A stretch of DNA of 64,000 nucleotides from Octopus sinensis (GCF_006345805.1 NC_042999.1:114266001-114330000), one strand, 5' to 3'. Numbered from the stretch's first letter, positions 49,266-62,900 are shown. Program-made: numbers and translations. The notes: generated from the sequence alone by a model not told the origin.

Positions 49266-50134
49266 CTGAAATTAGCAAAAGCAGAAGAAGAGATTAACAA
49301 TCAATAAGTAATATACCCTAATTGATGGGTAATCATACACAACATGTAAAGTGGTATATGAGCAAGGAATGACAAACATTGGGTTTCAATTTTCATTCTA
49401 GATTTTATTTGGTATCTATGTAGTTGTTTAGCTCCAGGTCAGACAATCAAGCCAGCCTGTGATCAAAGGTAATCCAGTCATGGTCATCCTGCTTTCCTTT
49501 TTTTATATATTTTAAAATTTATTTATTCACACTTAGCATTATATATAGAACAAAATTAATCCATATACTTTAACCATTTTTCTTCAAGAGGGTAATGTGT
49601 AAAATGAGGGAGATTTGGCTGTGCTTTCTGAGTAGGTTGCCTCATACTTGTGTAAGAGAAAAAGAGAATGTGTGTGTACTTTTGATCAAGTACTGGGGTT
49701 GATATGTTTGCCTAAGCCCTTGAAGACGGTGCTTCAGCATGGCCACAGCCCAATGACTGAAACAAAAGGTAAAAGGCAAAAGACAAGTACAGCATCACAA
49801 AATCTTTGATAGGGAAGTGGTAACCATAACTGATGATATAGGCTCCCTCACCATACTCATCTGGTACTTTAATTTTATTGAAACCTGATGAATGAAAGGC
49901 AAAATGGATTCCAGCAAGATCTGAACTCAGAACTTGATGCTTCTTGAAATTTGTGACCAGTGCAGTTGCTTCACCACCTCTTTAACGACTCATTCACTGT
50001 TCCTTCCTGTGCATTATTCTATGCACCATTTGTACAATTCATGCACATTTGCCTACTTTTTTTGATGAGTTTTGGTGTGCCTGGCCACTGTATACAATAA
50101 TTTCATTATTATTATTATTATTATAATAATAAGC

Positions 50135-50325
50135 ATGATGGGCGTATTGCTTAGTGGTATTTCGTCTGCTGCTCCGTTCTGAGCTCAAATTCTGTTGAGG
50201 TCGACTTTGCCTTTCAGGGTCAATAAATTAAGTACCAGTCAAATATTGGGGTCAATACAATCGACTATCCCCTCCCCCAAAATTGCTGGCCTTGTGGCAA
50301 AATTTGAAACCATTATTGTCATTAA
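50135..50325 (+). mobile_element. Second SINE family copy (also ~60925-61060 and ~380-470)
   Basis: ..gttctgag.tcaaattc..ggtcgactttgccttt..ggtc.ataaa.taagtacc..cccctcccccaaaattgctggc.. recurs at these loci. Confidence 0.65.
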
Positions 50326-50829
50326 ACGCCACAAAGATTTTTATCTGTTACTCACTGTACTTATTGGTAAGGCTACACATTGACTAGGATGTTCAATAAG
50401 GTTAAGACACATTCAGTATTGTCTTTTGTACTAATGAAAATGTAAAATGATCATATTAGTTTTCAAGTAATATAACTTTCCTCTTCTGCCACAATTTAAT
50501 CTTACTATTAGTTTTTAATGTTCTATGCATATAAGTGCTCCCACCCACTTAACTATGAAAACAGAAACAACCATGTTATATATCATAGGACTTAATGATT
50601 CTACAAATGATAAGATGCCAAGAGAGACATGGTACAATCAGAAAATTATTCCATAAAACTTCTATATAATTTTTAATAGAAAATAATGAGACTAAGTAAG
50701 GGAGAGAACTAAAATAACAGAGACACTTGATATTATTCACGGTAAGTTGACACAGATTAATAAGAATGGTAAATGGACACAGAAGTTGCAATTTTCAAGC
50801 CAATATTAAGAGCATAAGCAATGTAATTT

Positions 50830-51900
50830 AAACCGGTCATGGGTAAACTGCACCCAGTAAGACTTCCTGAATGGTATAGCCGATGAAAAATTAGCTTGAA
50901 TTCTTCAGTTGGCCTGTCTAATAATGAGTCATATCTCATGCAGCTTGCTTCTTGAAAAAGATTTGCCCATATTCAATTTAAACAGCACTGATTAGGCAGT
51001 GAAACAAGATTGACTGACTTGAAACAGAACCATGCTCTGATATGTGATCAATTCATGGAATATTCTTTCTGTGGAGCCCAGTAAACAACAGCTCCTGATC
51101 CGTCTGGGTTAATTAGCAAGATGCCAAGTAACTTGGCATCTCCACAACCGAACAAAGATTCAGTTTTATCTAGTTCTTAGGGGCACTCATCCTGTTATCA
51201 CTATGAAGCTGGAAGCTGATGTTATTGCTCTTGCTCAGAAAGCCTGCCAGGGACTGATAAAAACAAGCAGAATCTGGTTTCCCAATTTGGGCAAAATGAC
51301 AGAAAATGTCAGAAGTTGTAAAGCTTGTCTCTACTGTAAATGAGCTCCCTTTCAGAAAGCCCATGACAGAATTTGTGCATGGACTTTAAAGGACCTATTG
51401 AAAGGAAATCCCCTATATTTTTCCTCCTAATAGATGAGCACAGTCATTTCCCTGAAATAGAAATTGTCACAATAACCTTGGTGGATTTGATTCTGAAGTT
51501 TCATATAGTGTAATGCACCTATGGTATTCCAAAGGTCGTAAAAACGATAATGGATCTCCCTTCCAGTCAAAGGAATTCAGGAAATATGCCAAGCTGCAAG
51601 ATTTCATACATAGGTGAATTGAGCCAGAATACCGTGAGAGCAATGGACTTACAACAAGTGTCAGCCCAGCTGAAAATTTAATTGTACAATCACACCAGCC
51701 AATGTGATTCAGCCATTAACAGAAAGCAAAAAATTTGTTTCATAAACAAAACCATGTTACTGACTACCAGATACATATTGGCAACCATGTGCTCATAAAA
51801 CAAAAGAAGTCTACAAAAGGGAACAGGCTAATCAGAAACTAATCCATAATGCATTCCAGTAGAAATATCTCCTGGAAAGAGCAGCATGTGTGTGCCTTAC
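50830..51900 (+). mobile_element. Decayed Gypsy/Ty3 integrase remnant
   Basis: Conceptual ALA...CQGL.KTK..IWFP.L..C..C; MDFKGP; LIDEHS.FPE; TYGIP.VV..DNGSPFQS.EF; I.PEY.ESNGL. Multiple stops and frameshifts; no LTRs seen. Confidence 0.75.
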
Positions 51901-52199
51901 AGGGAGAAAGGTAAAGGAGTACAATGGAAATAGTGACAAAGAGGATCTGGGCCTGCTGATCACGAACCATCTACAGAAAGCCAAAACACAATCTACGAAG
52001 GCAGCAGCAGATGTCAATCAATCATCAAGTAGTGTCAGAAATGCGATACAGCAATAGAAATCATTGACCTCTGCCTCATCTATGTGCCTATCTTCAGAAC
52101 TGAGATGGGTAGAGGTGTGATATTCTGAGAAGTTCTAGTTTAAGAGATAGGGAGTTATCTCCCTTGCAGGACATTTAACGACACATGACAGGAAGTAGG

Positions 52200-52745
52200 A
52201 GAGAATATAAATGGTGGTTTCCTAGAATGTATGAGGGTAGCCTCTTGTGAGTTTCCCTGTGGCGCATATGAATTCGGATATTGATGTACAATGTTCATAG
52301 TGGTATCTCCAATCTATGGACTATATTCCCAGGAAGGCAGCCTATTCTTTGACGCGAATCCAACCCTACTATTAAAGAAGTCATTTCAATGGCATCTCTG
52401 TATATGGCTTGCAGCCTCTTACACCTTATTTCTTTTTTCCTTTTTAATCTACCATTAGACTACTGAATGTGGAACCCAGTCAAAAGCCTTCTGTAGGTCA
52501 ACAAATGCTAGGTGAAGTGGCTTATTACTCGTTAAATACTTTAGTAGCTGCCTCACTCAAAAAAGGCACAAACCTCATCTCATCCAGGTTGATTTACTTC
52601 TAAATATGTTTGTGCTGTAACTCTTTCAGTACCTTTTATAACTGGTTCATCAATTCGATGCTTCTGCAGTTACCACTCTCTAGAACGTTTTCATTGTCCT
52701 TGCTTTGTAATGACACTGTTACACCAAAGTTGAGTATGATGTGTC
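52200..52745 (-). mobile_element. Old RTE-type RT fragment
   Basis: Minus strand reads KPL.LAFVDLQKAFD.VP..; RGIKLMNQ and QPG*DEVCAF-like remnants upstream. Confidence 0.65.
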
Positions 52746-52748
52746 CTA

Positions 52749-52975
52749 CGAAGTGGTATCAAAAGTTTCCCAGTCTAGTTCTGTAGCGTGCCAACAGATA
52801 GCAGGACACGGTTGTGTGTGCAGTGAGAGCTAGCAGTGACCTTCATGAGGCAGTGTACTTCACAAGTTGTGAAATTTGTGCTTTTGTGATCATGTCTATG
52901 CTGTAGTCTGTGATTTTGTCATGGACAGGAAGTTGGAACAAAGAGCCAATGTGAAATTTTGCATTAAACTTAGTA
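52749..52975 (+). mobile_element. Mariner 5' end fragment
   Basis: TACGA..GG.ATCAAAAGTTTCC-type TIR followed by MDRKLEQRANVKFCIKL. Confidence 0.7.
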
Positions 52976-55186
52976 CCAGTGTATTGCTGCACAAAGTAGC
53001 TATTTTGAAGGAGATGATGTTAAATTGTAGGTAAATAGGTTATTTGATTAAACATAACTAGTCCAGGAACTTTTTTATATCCCCTAGTACTCTAACTAGA
53101 TATTTCTTATCCCTAATAGGACCAGCTCAGCAGCCTTCATTTCCTTCATCATGCTTTTGACCACACAACTGTTAACTGCTGATCTACTTGACATTCCCCT
53201 CATACAATGGCTTGCAATAGCATTTCCATGTCTCTTTCACTTTGGTATAATTGAGAGCCAATATGCCACTAATATTCTTGTGGCATCATGTAAAAAAAAA
53301 CATCTGTGCTAGTGCCATGTAAAAAGCACCCAGTACACATTGTAAAGTGATATGTGTTAGGAAGGGCATCTAGCTGTAGATACCATGCCAAAACAGACAT
53401 TTGAAGCCTGGGTAGCTCTCCAGTTGACCAGCTCCTCTCAAACCATCCAAACCATGCCAGCATGGAAGACGGACATTAAACGATGATGATGATACTATAA
53501 ACACTCCTTCACAATGATGCTTCTGAGCCTCATGTCACTGAACATATGCAAACATGTTACACTAGGGTTCTCATTTTGCTAAATATAACACACGTCCAGC
53601 TCATCTTCTACCTACATGACACTGCCTTCTCTCTATTTTCTTGTAATCTTTCAATGACTGTTTAGAGTAAAAATCAATAGCATAAATCTTACGAAATTGG
53701 GATATTATTCTGAAGACTATTTTCAGTTTGATCCTAATTAATAGGTTACTTTATATTTTCATAGGAAGATTATATATATATGCCAAGTGGTTGGTGTTAG
53801 GAAGGACACCCAGCTGTAAAGATCCTGCCAAAACAGTTACAGAGATCTGGTGCTGGCTTCTGCCTGGCTGGCTCTTGTCAAACTGTCCCACCCATGCCAA
53901 CATGGAAGGCGGATGTTAAACAATGATGATGATCATGTAAATCTGTTAATGTAAAACGTTTTTGAGTGTGCTCATAAAAACTCTTATGCTATTTATTCTG
54001 GCCACCACTTATTGTTCCCATCTTCCAGAGTAAATTTACAGGAATTTTATTAGTCTGGTGCTGTTATAGCATTGGATGAATATAGTATTAACAAGAACTT
54101 TTGGATGGAAATTCATAAATCCTTTAATACATTGCTATGTATGCTTCCACAAACTCCATGTTTTAGTTGTATTCCACATCCATAGGATTTTACAACAGAG
54201 GTAGTGTGCAAGAGAGAAGACTGCATTGGTATGGCCATGTAATATGTATATATAAATGAAGACAGTTGCATCAAGAAGTATCAATCTCTGGGATGAAGTG
54301 GTGGGAAAAGATTCACAGACGTTTGAACTCACAGAGAGGATGACAGAAGTCCAAAATACCTGGCGGTTTGCTGTGCTTGCAAAGACATGTCAAGGTAAAT
54401 ACAAGTGTAGTTGCACCTGCATACAGGCTCATCCCCTGCAACCCTCTCCAGCTGAGCATCCCTAATCTTGCAGGCTTGTAGGTACTGGTACCATGTAAAA
54501 ATCACCTGTGCTGATGCTGTGTAAAAACACCCAGCACACTCTGTAAAGTTAGGATGGCGTTAGGAAGAGCATCCAGCTGTAGAAACAATGCCAAAAGACA
54601 GGAAGCCTGAATAGCCCTTCAGCTAATCAGCTCCAGTCAAACTGTTCAATCCATACTAGAATGGAAAACAGATGTTAAATGATGATTGGTAAATTCCATG
54701 GATTTTTAAAGTGAATATTAATACACATGTTTGTTTCCTCAAGCAAAAGTTGCATTATTTGTAATATCCTATGGATGAGGAATACAACAACTAAAGCATG
54801 GAGTTGTGCAAATGTATGTAGGAATGCTTTTAAAGGATTTACAAATTTCCATCCAAAGTTCTTGTTATTGCTATATATTATATATATGTTGTTCTTTGGT
54901 GCATTTCCATATCAAACTTGATCGAGAAGATTTATGTTCAAAGGAAATCCAGATGTGATCTAGCCTTTTATTTAGATACAATGTATGTAGGACTACATTA
55001 TTTAATCACAGCTTGCTCTTTTATCAGATAGCAAGCTGTGATTTGAAGGAGAGTAATTATATACTTGTGTAGTAAACACACTGGAGTACAGGCAAACTCT
55101 ATCAAACTGAATATATAAACCAGTTACAATAAAAGTAGGATATATTATACATGAGTTATGTTGTCAATGCTTCTGAGAAAAAAGTA

Positions 55187-55309
55187 TCCTGAAACTTCAT
55201 CCAGGATCACGTCCTGAAACTTCATCCAGGGTCACATCCTGAAACTTCATCTAGGGCCACATCCTGAAACTTCATCTAGGGTCACATCCTGAAACTTCAT
55301 CTAGGATTA
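55187..55309. repeat. 25-bp minisatellite, ~5 copies
   Basis: Unit tcctgaaacttcatc(c/t)agg(g/a)tcac(a/g), contiguous, with no spacers. Confidence 0.92.
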
Positions 55310-55674
55310 CAAGCAATTTTATTTCTTTACTGTAAATTAATATCAAAAACAAATAATGAAGATATATGATTTGCCAAATTTTGCAGGAAAGATAGCAGTG
55401 GAAGTTGGGCTTTTGAACCTAATAGATAACACCTACTAAATTGACAGTGGATGGTGCATGTAGTAGAAGGCCCTCCCATCTCCTAAAAGGGAAAAAAAGC
55501 TGAGATGACATCCAAATCCGAAGAGGTTGGTCTAGAAGTGCCATTGATTAAGAAAGTAAGGGGAAGAGTCATCAAAGAAAAATCTGATAAGTAATGACAC
55601 TGAAGAAAGACATGCAAGAAATTGCTACAAAACGATGTGAATGGAAAACTTAATCAGAGTGAAGCAGTACTAAC

Positions 55675-55816
55675 CTTTATGAATTTGATATGAATTTACT
55701 TTTTCTCCAGGGGGTCTGAACAGGTGTTCTTTTTCAAGTGAACTGACAAAGTCATCAATATTGGTCAGGTAACCTGGGGGCATCATTTCTGCTATGGGTT
55801 TCTCAACATCGTCGGC
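55675..55816 (-). CDS. HAT1: HAT1 internal coding exon (142 nt)
   Basis: Acceptor cttgttctgttgtcag| and donor |gttagt. Translates ADDVEKPIAEMMPPGYLTNIDDFVSSLEKEHLFRPPGEKVNSYQIHK+g, cf. HAT1 ADDVEGKIRQIIPPGF...FKPFG. Phase 0 in, phase 1 out. Confidence 0.93.
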
Positions 55817-58800
55817 CTGACAACAGAACAAGATGAGAGGTTATAACAGAAGACCAGGTTACATTTGGGTAAAATGATTAACACAAAACTTTTTAAAAAT
55901 TAGGGAGAATAATTAACATCCAGATACATATAGAGGTAGCAAGGGTGAAGCCATACTGCTAAATTATAAATACAAAAAAAAAAAAAAAACATCAGAGAGT
56001 AACACAGTCTGGTGGAAGAAAGTGCAACCAAGTAAAACTTAAAATCAAATGCAGTGAAAGACAATCCATTAATGGGGTGAAACCAGCTCATCATATTCGA
56101 AGTATATATTACATTACCCATATCTATTGAAAGTCTGAAGAAGAAAACTAAATATTAATTATTTAATTAGTACTAATATAACCACAATAGCTATGATCAC
56201 ACTGGACTCAAAGGGTTTATGATAACCATGGACACAAAAGAGGCAAAGAAAAAGACATGTGGCATGTTCAAATAAAAGTTTCTTTACATTAGCATTTTTG
56301 GAATATGAAATTATGTATATGTTTTTGTTTACTTCAATACTATCTCTGATACAAAGGAATTGCTCAGTCTTTTTCCTGAAGTTTTGGCAATAGTAAGAAT
56401 TACATTTCTTGCTAGCCATTCCTTGAGTCTGTTAAGTGAAAGTAAGATAAGTTCTTTTGTTTTTGTTAGGTAATATGCCAATTCTTATATGAAACATAGC
56501 ATTACCAACTGAATCAGTGCACAACTTGGAACTTCTTGGCCTAGAGGAGACAAAAGATTAGAGACAGCTTCTGCAAGAATTGAACTTAGTACACAGATGG
56601 TAAAACTAAATATTGTAAATATTTAGTTTGATGTGCTGCTTAATTTTGTTTATTTGCAACTTACTTGTAGAGAAAGTTTAAGTAGCCACTAAATTCAGAG
56701 TTGGTCTTTAGAAAAAGTGGGGCTTTGATCTTAAAACTTATGAAGGAGATGACAGAGGACCAAGATATGTGGCGCATTGCTGTACTAAAGAAGACTTGTC
56801 CACCAAAACAGAATTCAGATCCTAAAACCAAAGTGCTTCATAAAAAGCATTGGTGTGGGTGCCATGTAAAAAGCACCCACTACACTCTGTAAAGTGGTTG
56901 GCATTAGGCAGAGCATCCAGCCATAGAAACCGAGACAAAACAGACTATGAAACCTGATGCAACCTCTAGCCTAGTCAGTTCTTGTCAAACTGTCCAACCC
57001 ATGCCAGCATGGAATGGATATTAAATGTTGACGATGATCCATGTCAAAAGTATTTCAGATGTGGCATATTTTATGAGTCATTTCTCTTTATCAAGTTATG
57101 AAAGATATAATCCTTGATTTACTACAACAGAGAATATTGTTTTTGGAAACAGCTTTTGTGATGCCATCCTTTACTGTAACTCAGGTTTGAACCCGAAGGA
57201 TCATATGTATTATTTTTACACAAAAGAAAAGCAAATGAACAATTCTTAAACTGGATAATTTCACTTTTGGCTATTGTGAATAATAGACTGTTCCAATAAG
57301 TATTATAACAGTAAGAGTTAATTTGCTATTTTGTTCATCTACAAACTTGCCAAGTCTCATTTGGGTATTTATACAACCAGCTTTTGATGATACTCTTACC
57401 AACAAATACATAGAAAGTTACCAACTACGATTTTGAAGTTATCTGGTTGGCATTTCATCCTTACAGTACCGAACAGATAACTGCAAGTTGTTTCAAGTTA
57501 CACAGCTTGCACATCCTTCATTTCCTTGTACAGACTAAAATAACAATTACCGTGCAATGTACACTCACAAACCATTTTACAGCTATGCAGCTTAAAATTA
57601 ATTGCAAGATATAAACTGCAGCTTATAGTTGCACATTCTTCAACCTACATTGCATTAACAAAATCTCTACTTCAAATAGAACTCTTAATTCAGCTAGTCT
57701 CAATAAGAGATTTGTGTTTAGGTGAGTACCCAAAGCAAAAAAAAAAACCCCACATTTTTGCCACTTCATGTAAATGTATGTTTATTTTCTATCTCTTTCT
57801 TTTTGTGCTGTATTAAAAAGGATATTGTAAAACTGAAAGAACAGTAATACACAAATACTCTGTATAACACATTTTCTATACATGAATTAATAAACATTGA
57901 CATACAAACATTTGTAAGACTCATTTTTAAGAATGTATTTATGTGCTTTGCTCTTTTTTTTATATATAATTAACACTAATTACTGTTTTATAATAATTAT
58001 CCCTTATCCTACCATTTAGCATTAGTAGGTCTATACACTACAAGGCAGTGCTCCAGCATGGCCACAATCAATGAAACAAGTAAAAGAATATGTATATACA
58101 ATCACTTCATTTGTTGTCTTCTTTTTACCACTATTCAATGTTATTTTCTACAATCATAAACCTTACTTGTATAGAGTAAATCAGTTATTGTTATATAATT
58201 TACCTCAATGAAGTGCAATGAAGGTCAATGGTATGCAAGGAGTTAAGAGAAAGAAAAAATCTAAAAACAACCCAAGAAAATATATATCTAGTTTGAGTAT
58301 AAAAACTAGAACTACAGCTGATTATGTTGCTAGAGTATTAGTTTATGAGTTGAGGCATCAGCCTATAGAAAGAAGGTTCAATCCTATGGTTGCACTGTTT
58401 CTTAGGAAAAAGTACTGAACTATGAATGGTTCAAGTCACCTGGCTGCAGGTAAACAACAAAGTGGAGTTTGATTCACAGATGTAAGCAGCAAGGGTAACG
58501 ATAAGAGAAGAGTGCTTCATTGGATGTGGTCTGCTTCAGTCCACCTGGTTAAGAAGGCACAGGCAAAGCTGCATGGTGATGAATTCTGCTTCTCATCATG
58601 AGGATCAGAGTTTGATCTAACTGTATGATACTTTGAGCATGTCTTCCATCATAGACTTAGGTCAGTCCAAGACTGAAATTAGGCACATGGAAACTGCTAG
58701 ATGGATCCACAAAGATTTGCCCTGAGAGTTACATTAAGGGAACAACTGTCTAAGGAATAATCAGCCACTTACATTGAACAAGGAATCCTTTTACTTGAAG

Positions 58801-59405
58801 GCAACCGAAAATCACTCCAGTCTTTGCCTGAAGATAAACTGTTTCAGTGGTGCTTCATTGATCAGCTAAGTTATAGATACTACTCATTATCATGAAGTAA
58901 AGTAAATAAAACTAGTCCAAAAACCTAAATGGTAAATGTATAGTAACAAATATTTTAATCAAGGTAACATGATAACATGCCATCATTCTTTCCTGAGAGT
59001 GTGACTAGTGTCGAGATTATATTATATCAATTAACATGGATGAGTTCTCTAAAAATGCCCTTGTTGACTTCCAAGAATCATCAGTGTTAGCTGACTGCAT
59101 ATAGTGTCTCTTGAGTAAATCAGTGTAGCTGAACCTTTTCAAGACATAAAGATGAAAGGAGGTAAATTCACTAATAAATGTAACGAAACATTTGTTGACT
59201 TTACAATGTATCCATTATTTTACAGCAATGAGTTGTCCCTACTAATTTATTTTGCAGCAAAGCAAATTGGAAACTTAAAGAGGTGTGTTGGCCATGAACA
59301 CAATGCACTGTAGGTTTCAAAATATGATCTACTAGTGCCTTTATCAGTTGCCTAGCACCCTAGTAATTTGGGCATCTGTGGCTCTATATCAATAAACATA
59401 CTCAC

Positions 59406-59529
59406 GCTAATTCCATCAAATTTTTCTGGGGTCACTTTGTCCAGGTACTTTATTTTCAGGTAAGTAATTAGAGCACCAGCTGTGTAGAACAAGTCTAAGT
59501 GAAGATCACGGTAGCCAAATATACTTTCA
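59406..59529 (-). CDS. HAT1: HAT1 internal coding exon (124 nt; equivalent of vertebrate exon 4)
   Basis: Acceptor ttttgctttttccag| and donor |gtgagt. Translates (1 nt)+ESIFGYRDLHLDLFYTAGALITYLKIKYLDKVTPEKFDGIS, matching the HAT1 N-terminal ETAFGYKGL... block. Ends in phase 0, compatible with the next exon. Confidence 0.93.
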
Positions 59530-59589
59530 CTGGAAAAAGCAAAACAAAATGATTAATTATCTTGAAGACCAATAAAATTGTGACTATAT

Positions 59590-59635
<46 letters not shown>

Positions 59636-60168
59636 ATATATATATATGGTTGTGTAGTTAGGAAGTTTTTTGGAACCACATGATTAAGAGTTCAGTACCT
59701 AGTGTGGATGCTGTTGGCCTGTATCTTCTACTATAGCCACTGGTTGACCAATACCTTAGTGAAATTGGTAGACAAAAACTAAAGAAGGTCATGGATATAT
59801 GTATGTATGTGTGTCAATGAGTTTGTATCTCCCCTCATCTTCATGTGTGCTCTCTGATTGTAAAGAAATGTTGAAACAAGCAGCATCACATTTTGTTTCC
59901 ACTCCTCCTCCATGTAAACACATCTGGGTTGTTTGTTGAACTCACGACCTTATGAAGGTAAGTCGAATACCCTAACCACCAAGCCATGTGCCTTCACACA
60001 CACATAGAAATATAGATGTGTATCAATGAGGGGCTTCCTTCAGTTTTCATTTACCAGATCTACCAACAAAGCTTCAGTCACTAGAGGACACTTACATAAG
60101 GTGCCACACAGTGGGACTGAACCTAAACCATGTGGTTGGCAAGCAAACTTCTTATTACATTCCTATGC

Positions 60169-60202
<34 letters not shown>

Positions 60203-60382
60203 ATAAATATTCATGTAGAAAATTTGGGTATAAACATCAAAGAATAAAAACCACAGTAACTAAGAGCTCAAATAACTGGTTGTTAAACCCTAACTTAGTT
60301 ATGTATCACAATTATGTAATTATACATTTGTCTGCTAGATTAAGACTGGTATAAGGGTAAATAACAATAACTATAGCCACTA

Positions 60383-60830
60383 ATACTAACTACTATGCTG
60401 TACATTAAATAACATAGTCCTAGATACACTATGTCTGAATAAAAGGTGGAATGCTCACAGCTGGATTATGTCTGGATTAGGACTGATCCGTGGCTAAACA
60501 ATAACAGCCACAAATACTAACTACGATACTATACAGTACATAATGTAATCTGAGATACATTAAGTCTAGACAAAAGGTCACACCTGGATCATAAGTGTTT
60601 CTGGATCAGGTCTGACCTGGGGCTAAACAACAAAAGCAATTGATACTATACTATACATTAGATAGTGTAGTCCTAGATACACTTATGTCTGAATAAAAGG
60701 TCACAGTTGGATCATCAGTGTATTTGGATCAGGACTGACCTGTGGCTAAACAACAAAAGCAACTAATACTAACTATGATACTATAAATTAAATAATCTAG
60801 TCCTAGATACACTATGTCTGAATAAAAGGT
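60383..60830. repeat. ~125-130-bp tandem array (~3.5 units) built from a dispersed repeat
   Basis: Anchor tagtcctagatacac-like at 60415, 60546, 60668 and 60798. Each full unit ends ..ggatcaggactgacctg(g/t)ggctaaacaac. Confidence 0.85.
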
Positions 60831-62659
60831 TGAATGATAATCACTAACCCCAAGGTTTTCTAATATTTTATTATTTTCAAAAGGAATTAAAACAATGTGT
60901 TTTATTTGGTGTTAATACACTAACAAATTCTGCCAAGGTCGACTCCACCTTTCGTCTTTTAGGGGTTGATAAAATAAGTACCATTGAAGTAGTGGGGCCC
61001 AATGCAATTGACTTACCCCCCTCTCCCATAATTGCTGGCCCACTGCCAAGATTTGAAACCTATATGCAGTGACTTTCACTTTTATTCTAAAATGAATTTC
61101 AAGAACTGTTAGTTATTTATATCTTGCAGCTTTATGTATCATACTGCACTATTTTAGTATCATGTTATCCACTGTTTAGTTGGCACTGTGCTCCAACCAC
61201 AAAACCTGCCAGAAGCAAGCAGTAGGCTGTTGTTTAAGTAGACTTAGCTGTTATTCTAAGTGTTTAATCATAGCCTTACTTACTTCACAAAATGTTGTAT
61301 AAAAGACACTCTCAGCTTCTTCACCCTCCTTCTCATTATTATTCTTATAATATTGCTTACATTGAGTTCCCAAATCAACAATTTGTGTGTGTAGCTACTG
61401 TTTAGCCCAAAGTTATCACAGAAATCAGTTATAGTCAAAGGCATTCTAGCCATGACTGTTCTGTATTTTTATTTTTTTCAGACTATTGTATATCAGTCAT
61501 TATCCAATGTCCTCCCAACAGCAAGGAGGGAAAGAGGAGTGGATTTAGCTGCTATTTCTAACAGGTCAAACACAAAGAAACTCTTTTGGAAGAATGACAT
61601 TTCAAACCAAAAGAACATATGACTGCTCATTAATATTGATTAATATGCAATATTTTGTTATATTTCTTTTATGTTCAGAATTCAAATCCTAACTAAAGAC
61701 TAAAAGAATGTATATGTTTTGTATTTGTTGAATTTTGAGAGGGTGATTCTACTAATAATGACACACACACACACTGGTTGTGGTACACTTGAAGGGCATC
61801 CAGTCATAGAAACCATGTCAAATCTAACTATAGAACATGGTGCAGCCTCTGGTCTTGCCAGTTCCTGTCAAGCTGTCCAACCCAAGCTAGCATGGAAAAT
61901 GGACTTTAAATGTTGATGATGGTGGTAGTAGGTTCATGTGTATGTTTGTCAGTGTGCTCTTGTTCAGTATGTGTGGAACTGTTAATTAGACAGGCAACAG
62001 GAAGGGCATCTCGCTATTGAAAATCTGCTTCAACAAATTCTGTCTGATCCATGCAAGTGCGGAAAAGTAGACAGTAAATGAGTGATAATCTATTTTTAAG
62101 GTGGTAAAGATGCCTGTGTGCTTTTTTCAAATGGATAAAAGCACAAAGTGACATTGGTAAACTCAGAATGTATATGGCAAGGCATTCATTCTATATGATG
62201 GAAACCCCTATAATTCTATCAGGAGTTGACATCTATATCACCATCTTCATTCTTTTCCAACAAATGTATCTATGCATTCCCCTATAGCAAGGCACTTTCT
62301 TTCCCTCTCTTATAAATTAACTTATCACCTGGTATAAAGCCAGCTCCCTTAGTTGAAGGCCTTGTCTTGCAAGTTATTTGGTGACCTCACTGGTGCCAGT
62401 GCCAGATGAAAAACACCCAGTACACTCTGTAAAGTGGTTGGCATAAAGAAGGACATCCGGCCATAGAAACCAGGCCAAAGCAGATACTGGAACTTGGTGC
62501 AGCCCTCTGGCTTGCCAGCTCTTGTTGAACCATCCAATCTATGTCAGCAGAGAAAATGGATGTTAAGTGGGGATGTGATAATGGTCATGTACAAGAGACC
62601 TCTATCAGCTGGCAAATTTTGCACAAATCTTTTCAGGTACTGACAAAAGCTTCTCAATT

Positions 62660-62900
62660 GTCTTCCCACTTTCTTCCAAGTCCAACACAATCAATGTTAG
62701 CACCATGAAAAGGACCAGTGAGGTTATTGAAATGCTGAAGTGGAAGCATGTAGATGTGTGCTGAGTACAAGAGGTAAGGAGGAGGGAAGCTTCAGCTAGG
62801 TTCCTGACATGAAAAAAAATAAAACACTGTTACAAATACTTTTGCGTAGGCATACTTTTGGCAAAAAAAATGGGTTGATAGAGTAATTGTGGCAATCAGT
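62660..62900 (+). mobile_element. RTE APE N-terminal fragment
   Basis: TINV.TM....SEVIEML....VDVC.VQEVR..EASARFL remnant. Confidence 0.6.

Noticed and set aside
55187-55309. CRISPR-like regular repeats
   Set aside because: Units are contiguous with no unique spacers, in a eukaryotic intron; this is a minisatellite.
57380-57500. Possible C/D snoRNA (TGATGA box)
   Set aside because: No properly placed CTGA D box or terminal stem.
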